Of a stretch of 64,000 bases of DNA, positions 51,801 to 64,000 are shown piece after piece. This DNA comes from Marsupella aquatica. Its lineage: Eukaryota > Plantae > Marchantiophyta. The stretch lies in contig OZ316891.1 of NCBI GenBank assembly GCA_973895155.1, positions 21,961,168-22,025,167 on the forward strand, given 5' to 3'. Made by a program: the position numbers and the translations under genes. Under the pieces are notes generated by a model. That model worked only from the letters and a program-made list of their open reading frames with translations, was not told where the DNA came from and did no database searches. How positions within the stretch are numbered: position 1 is the first letter of the stretch; each line of letters begins with the position of its first letter.

Positions 51801-54800
51801 TAAGAGTTTCAAATCCAGAACTCATCCTAAAATTGAGGTATAACTTCTAATATGGTAAGTCAAGGAACGAGGTGGTTTCGTTGTCTTTAATTTTCCAGAG
51901 ATTGTAACACAGGTCTAGAAACTCTTGCTCACAACCGTTGCTTGATCTATGGCACATCTACGGCATATGGTTTTGACGTGTTGGGTCGAATAATTGAACC
52001 TTCTGTACCTTAGCTTGATATTTCTGATGCATTTTCTCCATATCCTCTTGATTAGACTTCCGAATCTCCTCAACCTTCCGATGCAACTCAGCAATGTTGC
52101 CATTACACTATTGAAACAAGTTAAACAAACGGATAAAATGCCTTTAAACCAGGTTCATATTCTATAAACAAGAAAATTCGCATCCGAACAAAACCAACCG
52201 TCTCATTCCCCGTCCGGTGCTCCTCTTGCATTTTGTGAATCTCCTCAGCATGAATGGTAGCAATCTTTGTTTTCTCTTGCTCATAGCCCTGCAGAAGTTT
52301 ATCTATCTGCAGGGTCGAATGGGGTAAACGAGTAAGATTGAGAAATATGTGTAAGCAGATCGCATCCGACCTGCAGATCTACAGTCTACGTCAGGATTTC
52401 AGAGAATGTGCCTATGAAAATCTTACCGTTTCGCTCGCGTTCTGAAGTTCCACTTCCTTTTTGTGAATTTCATCGGAGTGAATGGAAACGATTCTTTCTT
52501 TGTCTTGCTCATGACCCTCCCGAAGTTTTCTGATCTGCAATTGAAAGCAAAATCGGAAAATCTGTTAATAGTATAGCCAGTTATGCAGATCGCATAAATC
52601 TAAGCTAGCCAGTGCCTACTTCTTAATCAGGACTTCGGTCCGGACGGAGCATGATGGTACTGACCATCTCCTTCACGATCTGAAGGTCCTCTTCCATTTT
52701 GCGAACTTCATCGGAGTGAATAGAAACGATCTTCGTTTTCTCTTGCTCTTGCTCTTGAAGTTTTCTAATCTGCAGAGCGGACGGAAGACCAGTCAAGAGT
52801 TTTGTGATCTATTAATGGTTCGTCGGTCGAAGCAATTCCTACTGGCTCAACCATGACTTCGGAGAATATTTAAACATTAACTACGTACCGTCTTATTCGC
52901 TCTATGAAGCTCCTCGTGCTGTTTGTCAGTTTCTTCAGAGTGAACGGAAACGATCTTCATTGTCTCTTTTTCGTGACCTTCTCGAAGGTGGCTGATCTGT
53001 AGCGAGGACAGGGAATTTAGCTAATCAAAACTTTTCGGAAATGTGAATAATCTGTACTTCAAGGAATTGAACATTCTTGGACAGGTGACAGACACCACAT
53101 ATTACCTTGCACTCGCAATCATCTTGCAAACTTAGCCACCGTTGGTCGAATTTTCCAAGCGCCGTCGCCATGCCTTCGTCAGAAGCTTTTCTAGCCGCCT
53201 TCAGGGCATCTTCTCCCTGCGAATTATATTTACATTCAGTAAAGGAGAAATCAGGAACATAGTCTGGAGACTTGTCTTCCGATGATTTCAGAAAGCTAAT
53301 AATTAATTGTGGTTCCAGTCTAATATGTGTTGGACTGGATGAATGGTCCTTACTATATCCTTTCAATCGGACAAAACCACAAATGTGCATGGATCTGGGG
53401 TTCTCTTGAGAAGGTGCTGGTCTCTTGGAATAACTAGCAAATATAAGCCATCATAGAATGTTGCACCTTTAGCCTTTCCTTTGCAATGCCTTCCTCAATT
53501 TCCATTTCAGATTTCCTCCTCAGGGCCGCTATTTCCTGTGCGAATGGGTACTCAAGGGAAACGCGTGGCATGAGTTATCAAATTATTTTACCTACGGTCC
53601 ACAAAACACTTTCAGTGATGAATTGGAGTACATTGCGATTTAGGCCAAGAATTTGGCTATCTTCGATTCTTGACCAACCTGATTATAACGCTGTGAAACG
53701 TCCTCAAGATGCTGGGTCGATTCTTCCTGCTTGGATTCTAATTGCACGTTAAACTTGATCTCCAGACTCTTCGCCGTATTTTCCGATGCAGTTAATAGCT
53801 CTTGCACCTGGACAGAAAATAATCATCAGATCCTGTATACAAATGAGCAGAGTTTTGCTCTTAGAGTGCGCGCTCCAATTGTTTCAAAGGAGGCTGAAGT
53901 GAAGTCGTCTTACCATGGCGTTTTCTCCTCTGAGATTCGCTTCATTCTGGGACATGCACGAGATGAGTTGAGTTTTCTCAGTACACTCCCGAGAGAGTCG
54001 TTGAAGTTCATCCTGAAGAGTAGAAAACTTCAACTCCTCCTTTCCGATACAATCGACCAACCTCTCATTCTCTTTCACCGCTTCTTGTAACCGACGTCTG
54101 ATAAGCTCCATATCAAGCTGATATTCTATAAGATGATTGGCCGATTGTTTCTGCTTGGATTCTAACTGAAGTTTAAACTCAATCTCCAGACTCTTCGCTG
54201 CAGCTTCGGCTGCAGTTAATTGCAGTTGCACCTGGACAGGATAATAATCATCAGATCCTGTATACAGATAATCAGAGTTTTGCTCATGCGATGCGCGCTC
54301 CATTTGTCTGAAAGGAGATGGAAGTGAACTTGTCTTACCGTGTCGTTTTCTCTTCTGAGATTCGCTTCATTCTGGGACGTGCACGAGATGAGTTTACTTT
54401 TCTCCGTACACTCCTGAGAGAGTCTTTTCATTTCATCCTGAAGACTAGAAATCGTCGACTCTTCCTTTTCGATAATATCGACCAACCTCTCATTCTCTTT
54501 CACGGCTTCTTGCAACTGACCTCGGATAGCCTCCATATCAAGCTGATACTCTACAAGATGTTTGGCCGATTCTTTCTGCTTGGATTCTAATTGCAGGTCA
54601 AACTGAATCTCCAGACTCTTCGCTGCAGCTTCCGCTGCAATAAATTGCTCTTGCACCTGGGCAGAAAAATAATCATCAGATCCTGTATTCAGATGATCAG
54701 AGTTTTGATCTTACAGTGCGCGCTCCAATTGTCTGAAACGGATTGAAGTGAAGTACGTTGTCTTACCATGACGTTTTCTCTTCTGAGATTCGCTTCATTC

Positions 54801-57588
54801 TGGGACATGCACGACATGAGTTTACTTTTCTCAGTACACTCCTGAGACAGTCGTTTCATTTCATCCTGAAGAGAAGCAAACTTCGACTCTTCCTTTTGAA
54901 TAACGTCAACAAACCTCTCATTCTCGTTCATCGCTTCTTGCAACTGACGTCTGACAGCCTCCATATCAAGCTGATATTCTACTAGATACTGCTTCAACTC
55001 GTGCACCACTTTCTCTAGTGCAATCTTGTCCTTTTCGCTTTGTTGCATAACATTGGCTTTCTCTGCAACTAATATCTCAATGCTGGCAGTAGCAGAAGCA
55101 TTGACATTCTCAAGGTCAGTTATCTTAAGCATAAGCATCTCCGAATCTTCCTGAAGAGTCTCATTTTCTGTTCGTGCCGTCGCCAAAATCATCTGCAGAC
55201 CCTTCACTTCAAGCTCAAGCTCTCCATTGGCTTGCGTCTGCACACGAAAGAGGATTATTAAGCTATTGATTGATGCTATTTTACATGTCCCCAGCAGGCT
55301 AGAGTGTGCTTGGTGGTGAATGATCCGCCGATGGCTGGAATTTTGGTCTAATTTGCTTCATGCTCCGAACCAGGGGTAGAGTTGGAATGTGACAGGAATC
55401 TAAAATCATACTCTGCTTTGATGTTCAGTATGGTAGTGATTCTTACGAGTGTTGAGTTTAGATGCTGAAGATCGGTAGACTCTTTCGCCTGGCAAGTAAC
55501 CTTGTTTTGCAAGGCATGTATTTCGCATCTGTTTGTCCTTAGATTGGCTTCGTTGTCTTCATTCATCCTGACGGCTTTGGTTAACTGCTGCTGACGATCA
55601 TCTGTAAACAGATTGTGCAATTCAAGTATCCTCTGATGGTCAATAATCAGGAGAAGATAGATACTATAATTAGTTGTGATCGTTACATCCACGGTATCAC
55701 AGGCATCGATTTCGAAAATCAAGAGATTCACTTAAATCTAAAGTTAGCTGCCAACACCTTTAGCCCTCGTCTTTTACATTGCGCATTATTCAGGTCTGTC
55801 AATAATACCGGAAATAATGTGAAATTGAACCGGATTAACGCTAAGAGTAGAGCCTCACAATACTAGAAAATTTGCAGTTTGCAACTTGATGGCAACGTAA
55901 GATATATCCATGTATGCCGAGACGGCAGGACAGTTTCCTATTTTCGACAATTCAACCCGATGCATTAAAATATGTACTGACCTTTCTCAACAGCAAGGGC
56001 TTGAAGCTTGATGGAGTCGGATAGAATCGTGTCTTCCATTTCCCGAATCATGGTTTGCAATAGTTCATTTCTAACTTCACCTGAAGAACAAATTGCCAGA
56101 GAAAATTAGTGGACCTAAAGAGAAGGTCCCGGAGAAGGTTTGAAACGAGCCTTTAAAAACTGGCTCAGAAATTTAGTTCTTAGGTGATTGAAAGTCAGCA
56201 ACAATGTCAATGAATGAGATCTCAAAGTCCAAGATTCGTAGAAATCCATAGCTTCTACTGGATGCATACATTCTTTGACGGTCTCTTCGGCAGCCTTTTT
56301 TTTCTCAAATAAGTCATTAAAACGACATTCCGTCTGCTGAAAGAACTCCAACCCCTCCGCCAGTTTATCCTCGAGATAAGTTTTGCTGCTCTCAGCTGTA
56401 GCAACACAGATACGTCAATCGCCTACATTAATTTCGTTTAAACATGGCAATAGGGAAACCAGCTCCCGGAAAATTGGTTGACCGTAAGAATCTGGGTTTC
56501 TAATAGGCTAAAAATCTTAAAATATCTCTCGAAGAGTGAAACGGCTATAATCACACACGACATAAAAATCGAGTACAGTGACATGGGACGAAGTATGTGT
56601 TATCAGCTAGCAACGATGTACGTACCTTCTTGAACTTGGCCGTCCAACAATTTCAAAGTTTCAGCGAGCTGGTCGCAGAACGTCGTCGTAGACAGGAAGT
56701 TTGAATCGATCCCCTGCCATAGCTTCATGTCCTGCTTATGCTTAACTTTGAGCATTGCATTCTTGTTATTCATGTCCTGCACCTTCGACTCTAAGGTGCG
56801 AACTTGATCTTCTGACTTTTGAAGCTTTGTTTTCTGCACATCGAGCACATGATCTCGCCTGATCGTTGTCAGGGTTTCAAAGTCATCACAGTACGAAAGT
56901 AGATACAGAATTCTTAAAGCAATGTCTCTTGCAGGTATTTATTTCCGTCTTTCTGATGGACAGTACTCATCTTACCACGATCTGAAGGTCTAATTTAACG
57001 CCTGCTTGTTTTTGCATCATTTTTTCTGTCACAACAAGAGGACGGCAGAAATCAGCCTAAAGATCGATTCTCATAACTGTAGTTGGAGTGACACGTATTT
57101 TCAAGCACGATCCCACTGAATTACAAAGCTAACCAGAACAACGTGTAATTCAGGAACTTCCAGTTTGCAGGAACTTATGCATTAGCTGTTACAGGATCAA
57201 AGAAACGCTCCAACGCTAGATTGAGTCTCTTAGCGCTCCTGAAGTGAGTTGACAGATTACACAAACGCAACAAATCGTTTCTAGACCACGAAACGGCAAA
57301 TTGTTTTAGTGAAGGCTACGCTGTCCGGTTCAAATAGATATAGGGACGAGCCTAATCAGGAGAACAAAAATAGATGTACACCTTGACTTCCCCGTCTGAG
57401 GTAGTCACATTGAACGTACCTGTGGTGAAATTCTCCCCGGGTCGAAAGTCTGTCATAGATTGGGAAGGTCCTCCCTGTCTGTCGCTGCCATTTCCAAGAA
57501 ATCCCCTTGTGGATTGCCTGGGAATGGCTTCGCCGGTTGTCTTCACTGTAGAGGAGGATCGTAATTGATTCAAGTGCAGTGACGCCAT
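48820..57588 (-). CDS. ZYP1: Synaptonemal complex transverse filament protein ZYP1/SYCP1-like, multi-exon
   Basis: N-terminal NAMLKVKHKQDMKLWQGIDSNFLSTTTFCDQLAETLKLL, long coiled-coil exons, and C-terminal ISDLFEIDGLVPYYKGDDPYAFG*. These match the plant ZYP1 signatures (KLW.G.ES.F.ST.T.CDQL.ETL; DLF...NPYADDPYAF). Confidence 0.88.
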
Positions 57589-60500
57589 CGTGATTCAGAA
57601 TATTAAGTAACTGAAATCAAATTGAAGGATGGTATCCTCCTTCTCGATCGAAGCCGGTAACAGTCCGAGCTCACAATGCGTCAAATCACTGACAGGCCGC
57701 ATTGCCGAAGTTGAGTTGCTTCTTCACTCCCCTTTTTCGGCTTAGAGCAAAGAACGTTGGATCGAGTGGTCATTCCTCGAGTTTCCTCTTATGTCGTGAT
57801 CTTCGGAACACTCTGAAAGTCTGACAGTCGTGTATTATCAGGGGCGCTTGTGGCGCGGGTAGCACATCTAGTTGCTAAGCCACTTGTTTTCCAAGTTAGG
57901 CGTACTGGTGAATCAATTACTGCAGGATAAAATTCTCCTCAGACACTCATCTATTTATTTTAGCTTTCTGTGAACAGAGTTTCATCAGCGTTCGTGATCT
58001 TTCTGCCTGGTACTCAGTCATAATCATGAATTAAGCGCCGGTATTTTGCCGGATGTACAGTAATAGTACATTTGCGAATTTCTGCCAGTCTTGCGACTGT
58101 AGCAAAATCACAAGCTGAGCGAGTGACGACATGAATTCTAGGGAGCAAAAGACTTCTCTGCCTGTCAAGCGAGACATTGTCAGCAAACGAAAGCTATATT
58201 CTAGCAGTGAGCTATGAACTTCTGGATCTGCCTAAGGAACCTGAATATTTGAACGAACAAGTCGCAGCCAGCAAGTGAGCCACAGTATGTTCACATGGCA
58301 ATTAGGCAGCGATGAAACAAGATATGTCCGCAAAACTTCCACATGACGCAGACTCCATATAGCTAACGTACCGAGACTGATTTCCATCAACTGTAAGCAG
58401 GAAGGCAGTCGCACGAATTCCGTCCCAAAAGTCGAAAGGCCGACAGCGAACTCAAGGATCGATCACTCACCGCTTACACGATGAAAGCCGAGGCAAATGA
58501 CTGCAGGAATTATTTAAACTCCAGCCTGTTCCATGTTTCTGGATCACAAGATATGCAGCGGGCCAACCCGCTCTGCAATGCTTTTCTCTTCGAATTGCAC
58601 TCGTCCGCCCGCTCTCTGCTCCCCAACCTCCAGCTCACCCGTCAGCAGAGACAATGAGGAATGCACCACAAGCCTGTGTTTGCCCACGCCTTTCGTTCGG
58701 CTTCGAAGTACGCTATCATGACCGATGTTTCAAGGTGAATCGTCCCTACTCAAATGGCGCGGCGAGAAGCTCTCTTTGTGATCGGTGCAATTGAGGTTGC
58801 GCAATGATACAATTATGGAGGGAGGGCATTTTTGTTTGTTTTCCATCCGATTTTCCCCCTACTGTTTTTCCCCTCAGTCCTCATGCCTTACTTTTCTTTC
58901 CTCGCCGTCCCACTGCACCCGTCTCTCCCCCTCCCCCTTTTCTTCCTCAACACCATTAAAAAGGAGACAAATTAGTTAGTGGACCCCTTGGTTAATAAAA
59001 TCAGGGGAAGAGTCGATGTCTCCATTTCTTATCTCCGAAAATCTCATCCGTCCATCATAATGGCCAATCTATGGCTCAAAAGAAAGATCTCAAATAGATC
59101 TATGGATGTGTTCTGTCCGTTTTGCAAATGGGTTAATATTTTTCAAATGAAAAATTAAACAAATCCAAGCCTTCCTACCCATCGATTTTGTTGATTTTAT
59201 GATCTTTGCCGTCCATTTTGTAATGTCTCTAGACATCTTATTCATCCATGTTAGAAGGCGATCTAGGGTGCAAAAGAAAGATCTCAATGAGATCTACGAC
59301 TGGGTATTTTTTGTTTTGAGAATGAGCAAATAGTTTTGAGTATAAAATTCGATGAACTTTCAAGATTCCAAGCATTCCTCCTCCCCGATCCTGGGTTTCT
59401 ATGTGCTCTTCCTAGCATTAATGGTCGTACAATACGAGAGGTCCTTACATACCAGGAGTTGCGGTTTAACAAGGAAGTTATCAAGTTAGTTATTAGTCAT
59501 TATTTATTATATGAAAAATAATTTTTATAAATCTTTGAATTTAAGTTTTAAAATTGGAAATGTAACTAAAACGGTTACATAGTGACAGTTTTAAGCGTCT
59601 TGCTCTTTGCATTTCCAATGTTTTTACTTTTCTTTTTACGGCACGGCGTCCCAAAATTTACACCAAAATGAACACAAACACGAATGAAAACTATAAGTTT
59701 GATTCACAAAACCGATGAGTCTTGTTTGTTGCGGTTGTTGTTGACGTGGCACGTTGTGATGCCAGGAATTTTGGAAGGGACCTCTAGTGGGGTCCGTAAA
59801 AATTGGCAAGAAAATAGATTGTTAACTTCCAGAAAATCAAAATTTGCTTCTGAAAAGAAGAAAGTCGAAAACCTTTCTCATGTAAACTTACTTCCTCCGT
59901 GCCAAAAACCTTCATCTAAGGTCAAACTATTCCTTTACTGCTCCCAGCCAAAAATTATGGGGAGCAGTGGCTATACAGCTATAGTATAGCCAACACAATC
60001 ATGTACTCTTAGCATGTCAAACATGTATTATACCTTGTACCCCACTAAAAAACTTAATTATGGGAATATGATTCACTCAATCAAAGAGTCTCAAATAACC
60101 TTCAACAACATCTTAGCATAAGATAGACAGTGTTTCCTCCTTTTTCCATTTTGTAAAGGGACATCTTAGGGTATTATAATGTTCCCTCATTTTCCAATTT
60201 TGTAAAGAGATGATGGGAGGGATCCTGGTGGTATCTATTATTGTAGTGGTTGATTTTAAGTAGCTTTGGCAAGATGGACCTCCATGTTTGCAAATTTAAA
60301 CTTCTCTTATAATATATTTCTTGCAACTTGGATGCATTGCAGCAAAACCATTTTTTCTGCTCATATAGTACACTTTTATAATTGGGATGAATTTCAGCAA
60401 AACCTCTTTGAACGTAAATTATAGAGATACAGAAAAAAAATATAGATTGCAAAACAATGTGTTGGTTAGTCACCCTGACTTCTATTTGTCTTTATTGAGA

Positions 60501-60851
60501 GTCATTCTTAGTTTTGTCCTTATTTAGAGTCAATGTTAGTTTTGTTAATATTTAGTCACGGAACTCGACTACCTTAACACTTAGCTCCGGCATTGCTGAC
60601 TCCCATGTTGAGCTCCTCTATGGTCCAAGCCCCCGGAATGGCTATCCGGGGGGACTAAATATAGGAAGAGTAGTGGGCAACGAGGCGTGACACTAGCGAG
60701 GGCAAGACGCTAAGCTAGTGATGCACACTAAGGACTTAGACTAGCTTTGGGGCTAGTCGGGTCACGGGAAAGGGCCGGGCTTAGGGTGGACCCTCCGGAC
60801 CCCCAAACGGACTTTGAGTTTTTAGGGCTTTAGTGAGAGCTCCTCTTAGGC

Positions 60852-61053
60852 CCCTGGGCCCTCAGTCTTAACTAATAGGTGGAGGACGTGCGAACGCTCA
60901 AAGGGTAATTTTTATTCATTTTGAACTAATAATTATAATTATTACTGGTAATAAGAGAACTTTTAATGGTAAAATGGAAATAACAAGGGGTAAACAAGAA
61001 AAGGGCTCGATCGCAGGGGGTCCACTTCTTTTACATGGAGGGAGGGCCCAGGG
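60852..61053. mobile_element. MITE (CCCTG family), 202 bp
   Basis: TIR CCCTGGGCCCTC / GAGGGCCCAGGG. 8-bp TSD TCTTAGGC / TCTTGGGC (1 mismatch). Subterminal similarity to the 9978-11052 element (CTTAACTAATA...CGTGCGAAC; TAATAAGAG). Confidence 0.85.
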
Positions 61054-63469
61054 TCTTGGGCCCAAGACTAACGATGTTTACTTCATGCGCAATGGACGTT
61101 TGGCGCAGGAGATATGGCACTGCCCAAGTGCAGCCGCCCGGGAACCCTAAGTGACGATGGGTTTAGAGGGCCTATGCATGATCCTGGGGCATGATCACTA
61201 GGTCGGCCCAATCACAACGGGCTAAGGCACTCCGCGTACGGCCGTTAGTTCTGAGCTTATGCGTATGGGTTGGGGTCCAGGTGGGGGCCAAAATATGGGG
61301 ACCAAAGTAGGTCCGGGGTGGGTACATAGGTGTCCAGAAGCATACATGAGGGGAGTGGTGTCTCCTAGCCTTGAGGGCCAAGGGCAAGCCCAAGTAGCGA
61401 GTTGCAATGGTCGCGACGAGGGTTGCGACACCAAGCTAGAGGAAATTAAACGCTAAACAGAAACAACAATAACTTCTCGACGGGAAGTCTGTTAGGCGAC
61501 TTCTTGGTTGCATTGGAAATTTCTTGAGGAGGACTACATCCTGCTCATGGGGGTGCTATAATAGATTCTTGGGGTTTTAGGGGCTATCTCATCCACTTGT
61601 CAAATCCTGTCGAAACAACTACCAAGCCATGTTCAGTTTCCCATGGGAGCTTGCATAGGGAGGCAGAGTCAAGTAGGCATGGAGGTTGAGTTCCAAGATA
61701 GTGCACTTGGCCCCTAGACTATCAATTGAGTCGGAACCATGAGTTGGTTGCTAGAGCCAGGGCCAATTTGGAATTTTAGGACAAGCTATGCGCTATTTGG
61801 GCCATGGGCATGTCCTTGGGGCAGGGCGGTCAACCAATGACGAATAGGAAGTGGGGAAGCACAGGTTGCATCCCAAAGAGGGGCTATTTTGGACAAACAA
61901 TGGGTGTTCGCTCTGGCTTCAGCTTATGGCAAGGCCATGCGGGCTCGTGAGGTTCTATTTGCTGACCTACTTACCAATGATTGTTTGTTGAGTTTGAGTT
62001 AGAATGCTAGTCTTGGAAGGTCTAGATCCTTTGGGTGACTTACCAAGGTGTTTGGTTGTTTATGCAGACAGTGAGAATTGTTGAGCGACGGTCGTGTCAG
62101 GAAGCAAGTGCGACTTTGTATGGGAGTGACTGATGGGGGTGTAAGAGACACCAAGTTGCTTGCTCAAGGAAGTTCATGGAGGCATTCGGGCATCAAGAGC
62201 ACTTAGGCGTGGGTGCTAGGATTGGTGAGGGCGCTAGGTCCACCACTTCTTTGCTCCCATTCCTTTTCAGTTTTGTCGGAAACCTTCACTTTTCAAGTTT
62301 GTCCTATTGAGAGTTACGGTGTAGAGTCCCGTGTAGAGTTTTCAGTCCAAACACTAGCCCTCAAAAGTAGCTTTCCATTGCCCTTTATTAGTAAGATAGT
62401 ATCATGTTAAAATCCTTGAAGCAAATCTCCATTTCAGTTCATACCAAAAGTTATTCCAAAACGTTAGGGGTGAAATATTCTCTCAAAACACTTTATTTAC
62501 TTATATTTTAGGCTGGGTGTTTATTCCCCAAAAACTTTGTGCGTGATATGGGACCCCATTGGTCCAGGAGTGAGACCCCCAAGGTCCATACCTATGCACA
62601 TGAGGGGCTCCCTTGTACCCAGACTCCTCATGCCATCTCACTACCAAGCATAGTCTAAATATCAAAATTGTCATTTACCAGAGAAACTTGGGGAGAAAGT
62701 ACAGCCTCTGGCTTCTCTCCATAGAGTAATCATGTACTGCAGATTTCAGGTGCAAATTATAGTATAGATCGATGGTGAAGGTCATGACGACACATACTCA
62801 ATGCCACTCTCTGAATTCCCTCTCTTGTCCCTTTTCTGTGCTCTAGAGGAACTCCTGGGCCCCCTCTCCCTCCTATTGGAGAGTCTATCTACTTTCCCCA
62901 CACCCGGACTATGAAACTATGCAGCTACCCTACCCTTATACACAACTAGGTGTCATCACCTGATTTCTCTCCATCTGAAAAGTTCATTTAGTCAATAATC
63001 ACATTCATTTGGGAAATGTGAGTATTAGGGGAGGAAGGAGTGTAGAAAAATTCTACTTGCTTTGATAAATCTAGAACAGCTTTTAGATTTTCCTACCTCA
63101 CCCGGTCTTCATTTTCCTTGTACTCTAGGCTCTACTCATGAATAGGTGTTACTAATACTAATTCTTTGTAGTTTAATTATTTAGTGTTATTAAGTACAAT
63201 CAGGACCCCTAAACCAGGACCATAGGGAATGGTGCTAGTTGGAAGTTCTCTTCCATCACTCAGCAAAATGAATCATAGCTTCTGCACAAATTTCATACAG
63301 CCTTTGCTCAAATTTCACAGATCTACATCACCTCCATGTGTTGAGTGATCCCTAAGGGCCAGGTTCCATGGGCCAGGGGTAGGGAGTACGGTCACTCCCT
63401 CTGACATCCCCTAGGGCCCCCGGTTTGACCTTGCCCGTCAAACTGGCCAAAAATCGTCGGCAACCCGGC

Positions 63470-63955
63470 ACCCGGGTTCGGGAGCAGTCCGGGCCGGGAC
63501 AAGTTCAGGAGACATTCGGGCCGGGTTCGGGCGAGGTTTGGGGGAGGTCGGGGGAGGTCGGGGGAGTTCGGGGGAGTTCAGGCGAGGGGGAGTTCGGGTT
63601 CGGGGGAGTCTGGGCCGGGTTCGGGGGAGTTTGGGCAAGGTTCGGGGGACCGGGAGTTCAGGGTAGGTCGGGGGAGTTCGGGGGAGGGTCGGGGGTGTTT
63701 CGGGGGAGTTCGGGGGAGGGTCGGGGGAGTTCGGGGGAGTTCGGGAAGGGTCCGGGTTCGGGTCCGGGGGAGTCCGGGACTCTAAACCCCGCCCTCCTTC
63801 CCCCAGCCCCGACCCCAGACCCGGCCCCGGCTGGCTGCCACCCCGAACCGGGGTCCGGGGGAGTCCGGGTTCGGGTCTGGGGGAGTCCGGGAAGGGTCCG
63901 GGTGAGTTCGGGAGGAGTCCGGGAAGGGTCCGGGGGAGTCCGAGTGAGTTCGGGA
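63470..63955. repeat. G-rich minisatellite (GGGGGAGTTC / GGGTCC units) with a central C-rich segment
   Basis: Many GGGG(G)AGT(T/C)C units, with a C-rich stretch at ~63787-63850. Confidence 0.85.
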
Positions 63956-64000
63956 GAATATTGTGGAATATCCGTCAAATTGGTCATTTTCGAGCCGTCA

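Noticed and set aside
60554-62548. LTR-like segment (AGTCACG...CGTGATA)
   Set aside because: The composition is suggestive, but the termini are non-canonical, with no TSD and no gag/pol sequence.
63438-63987. Proline-rich ORFs
   Set aside because: Translations of the G-rich minisatellite.

Overview
Eukaryotic land-plant genomic DNA with spliceosomal introns; a bryophyte, possibly a liverwort, is my inference. The left ~19 kb is a transposon nest. It starts with a large DNA element that runs off the left edge and has three genes. One is a Sola-like (DUF7869-type) DDD transposase on +. Facing away from it on - are an unknown two-exon gene and a gene encoding a ParB/Srx(DndB-like) domain fused to a degenerate beta-class amino-DNA-methyltransferase-like domain. 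About 45-50 copies of one 23-bp near-palindrome (TGGAYAGRGAT-G/C-ATCYCTRTCCA) sit in three arrays, each in a predicted intron of one of these genes, which resembles a transposon-borne ParB/parS-like system. Next comes a complete-ended, fungal-type PIF/Harbinger (Pangu-like) element carrying an RPA-like OB-fold ORF. Three non-autonomous elements with CCCTG...CAGGG ends and 8-bp TSDs are scattered through the window. Host genes: a carboxylesterase, a secreted Cys-rich protein, an ascomycete-like APN1 (endonuclease IV; candidate fungus-to-plant HGT), a diacylglycerol kinase, and a ZYP1 synaptonemal-complex gene lengthened by tandem exon duplications. All calls come from manual reading and motif recall; no database searches were run.
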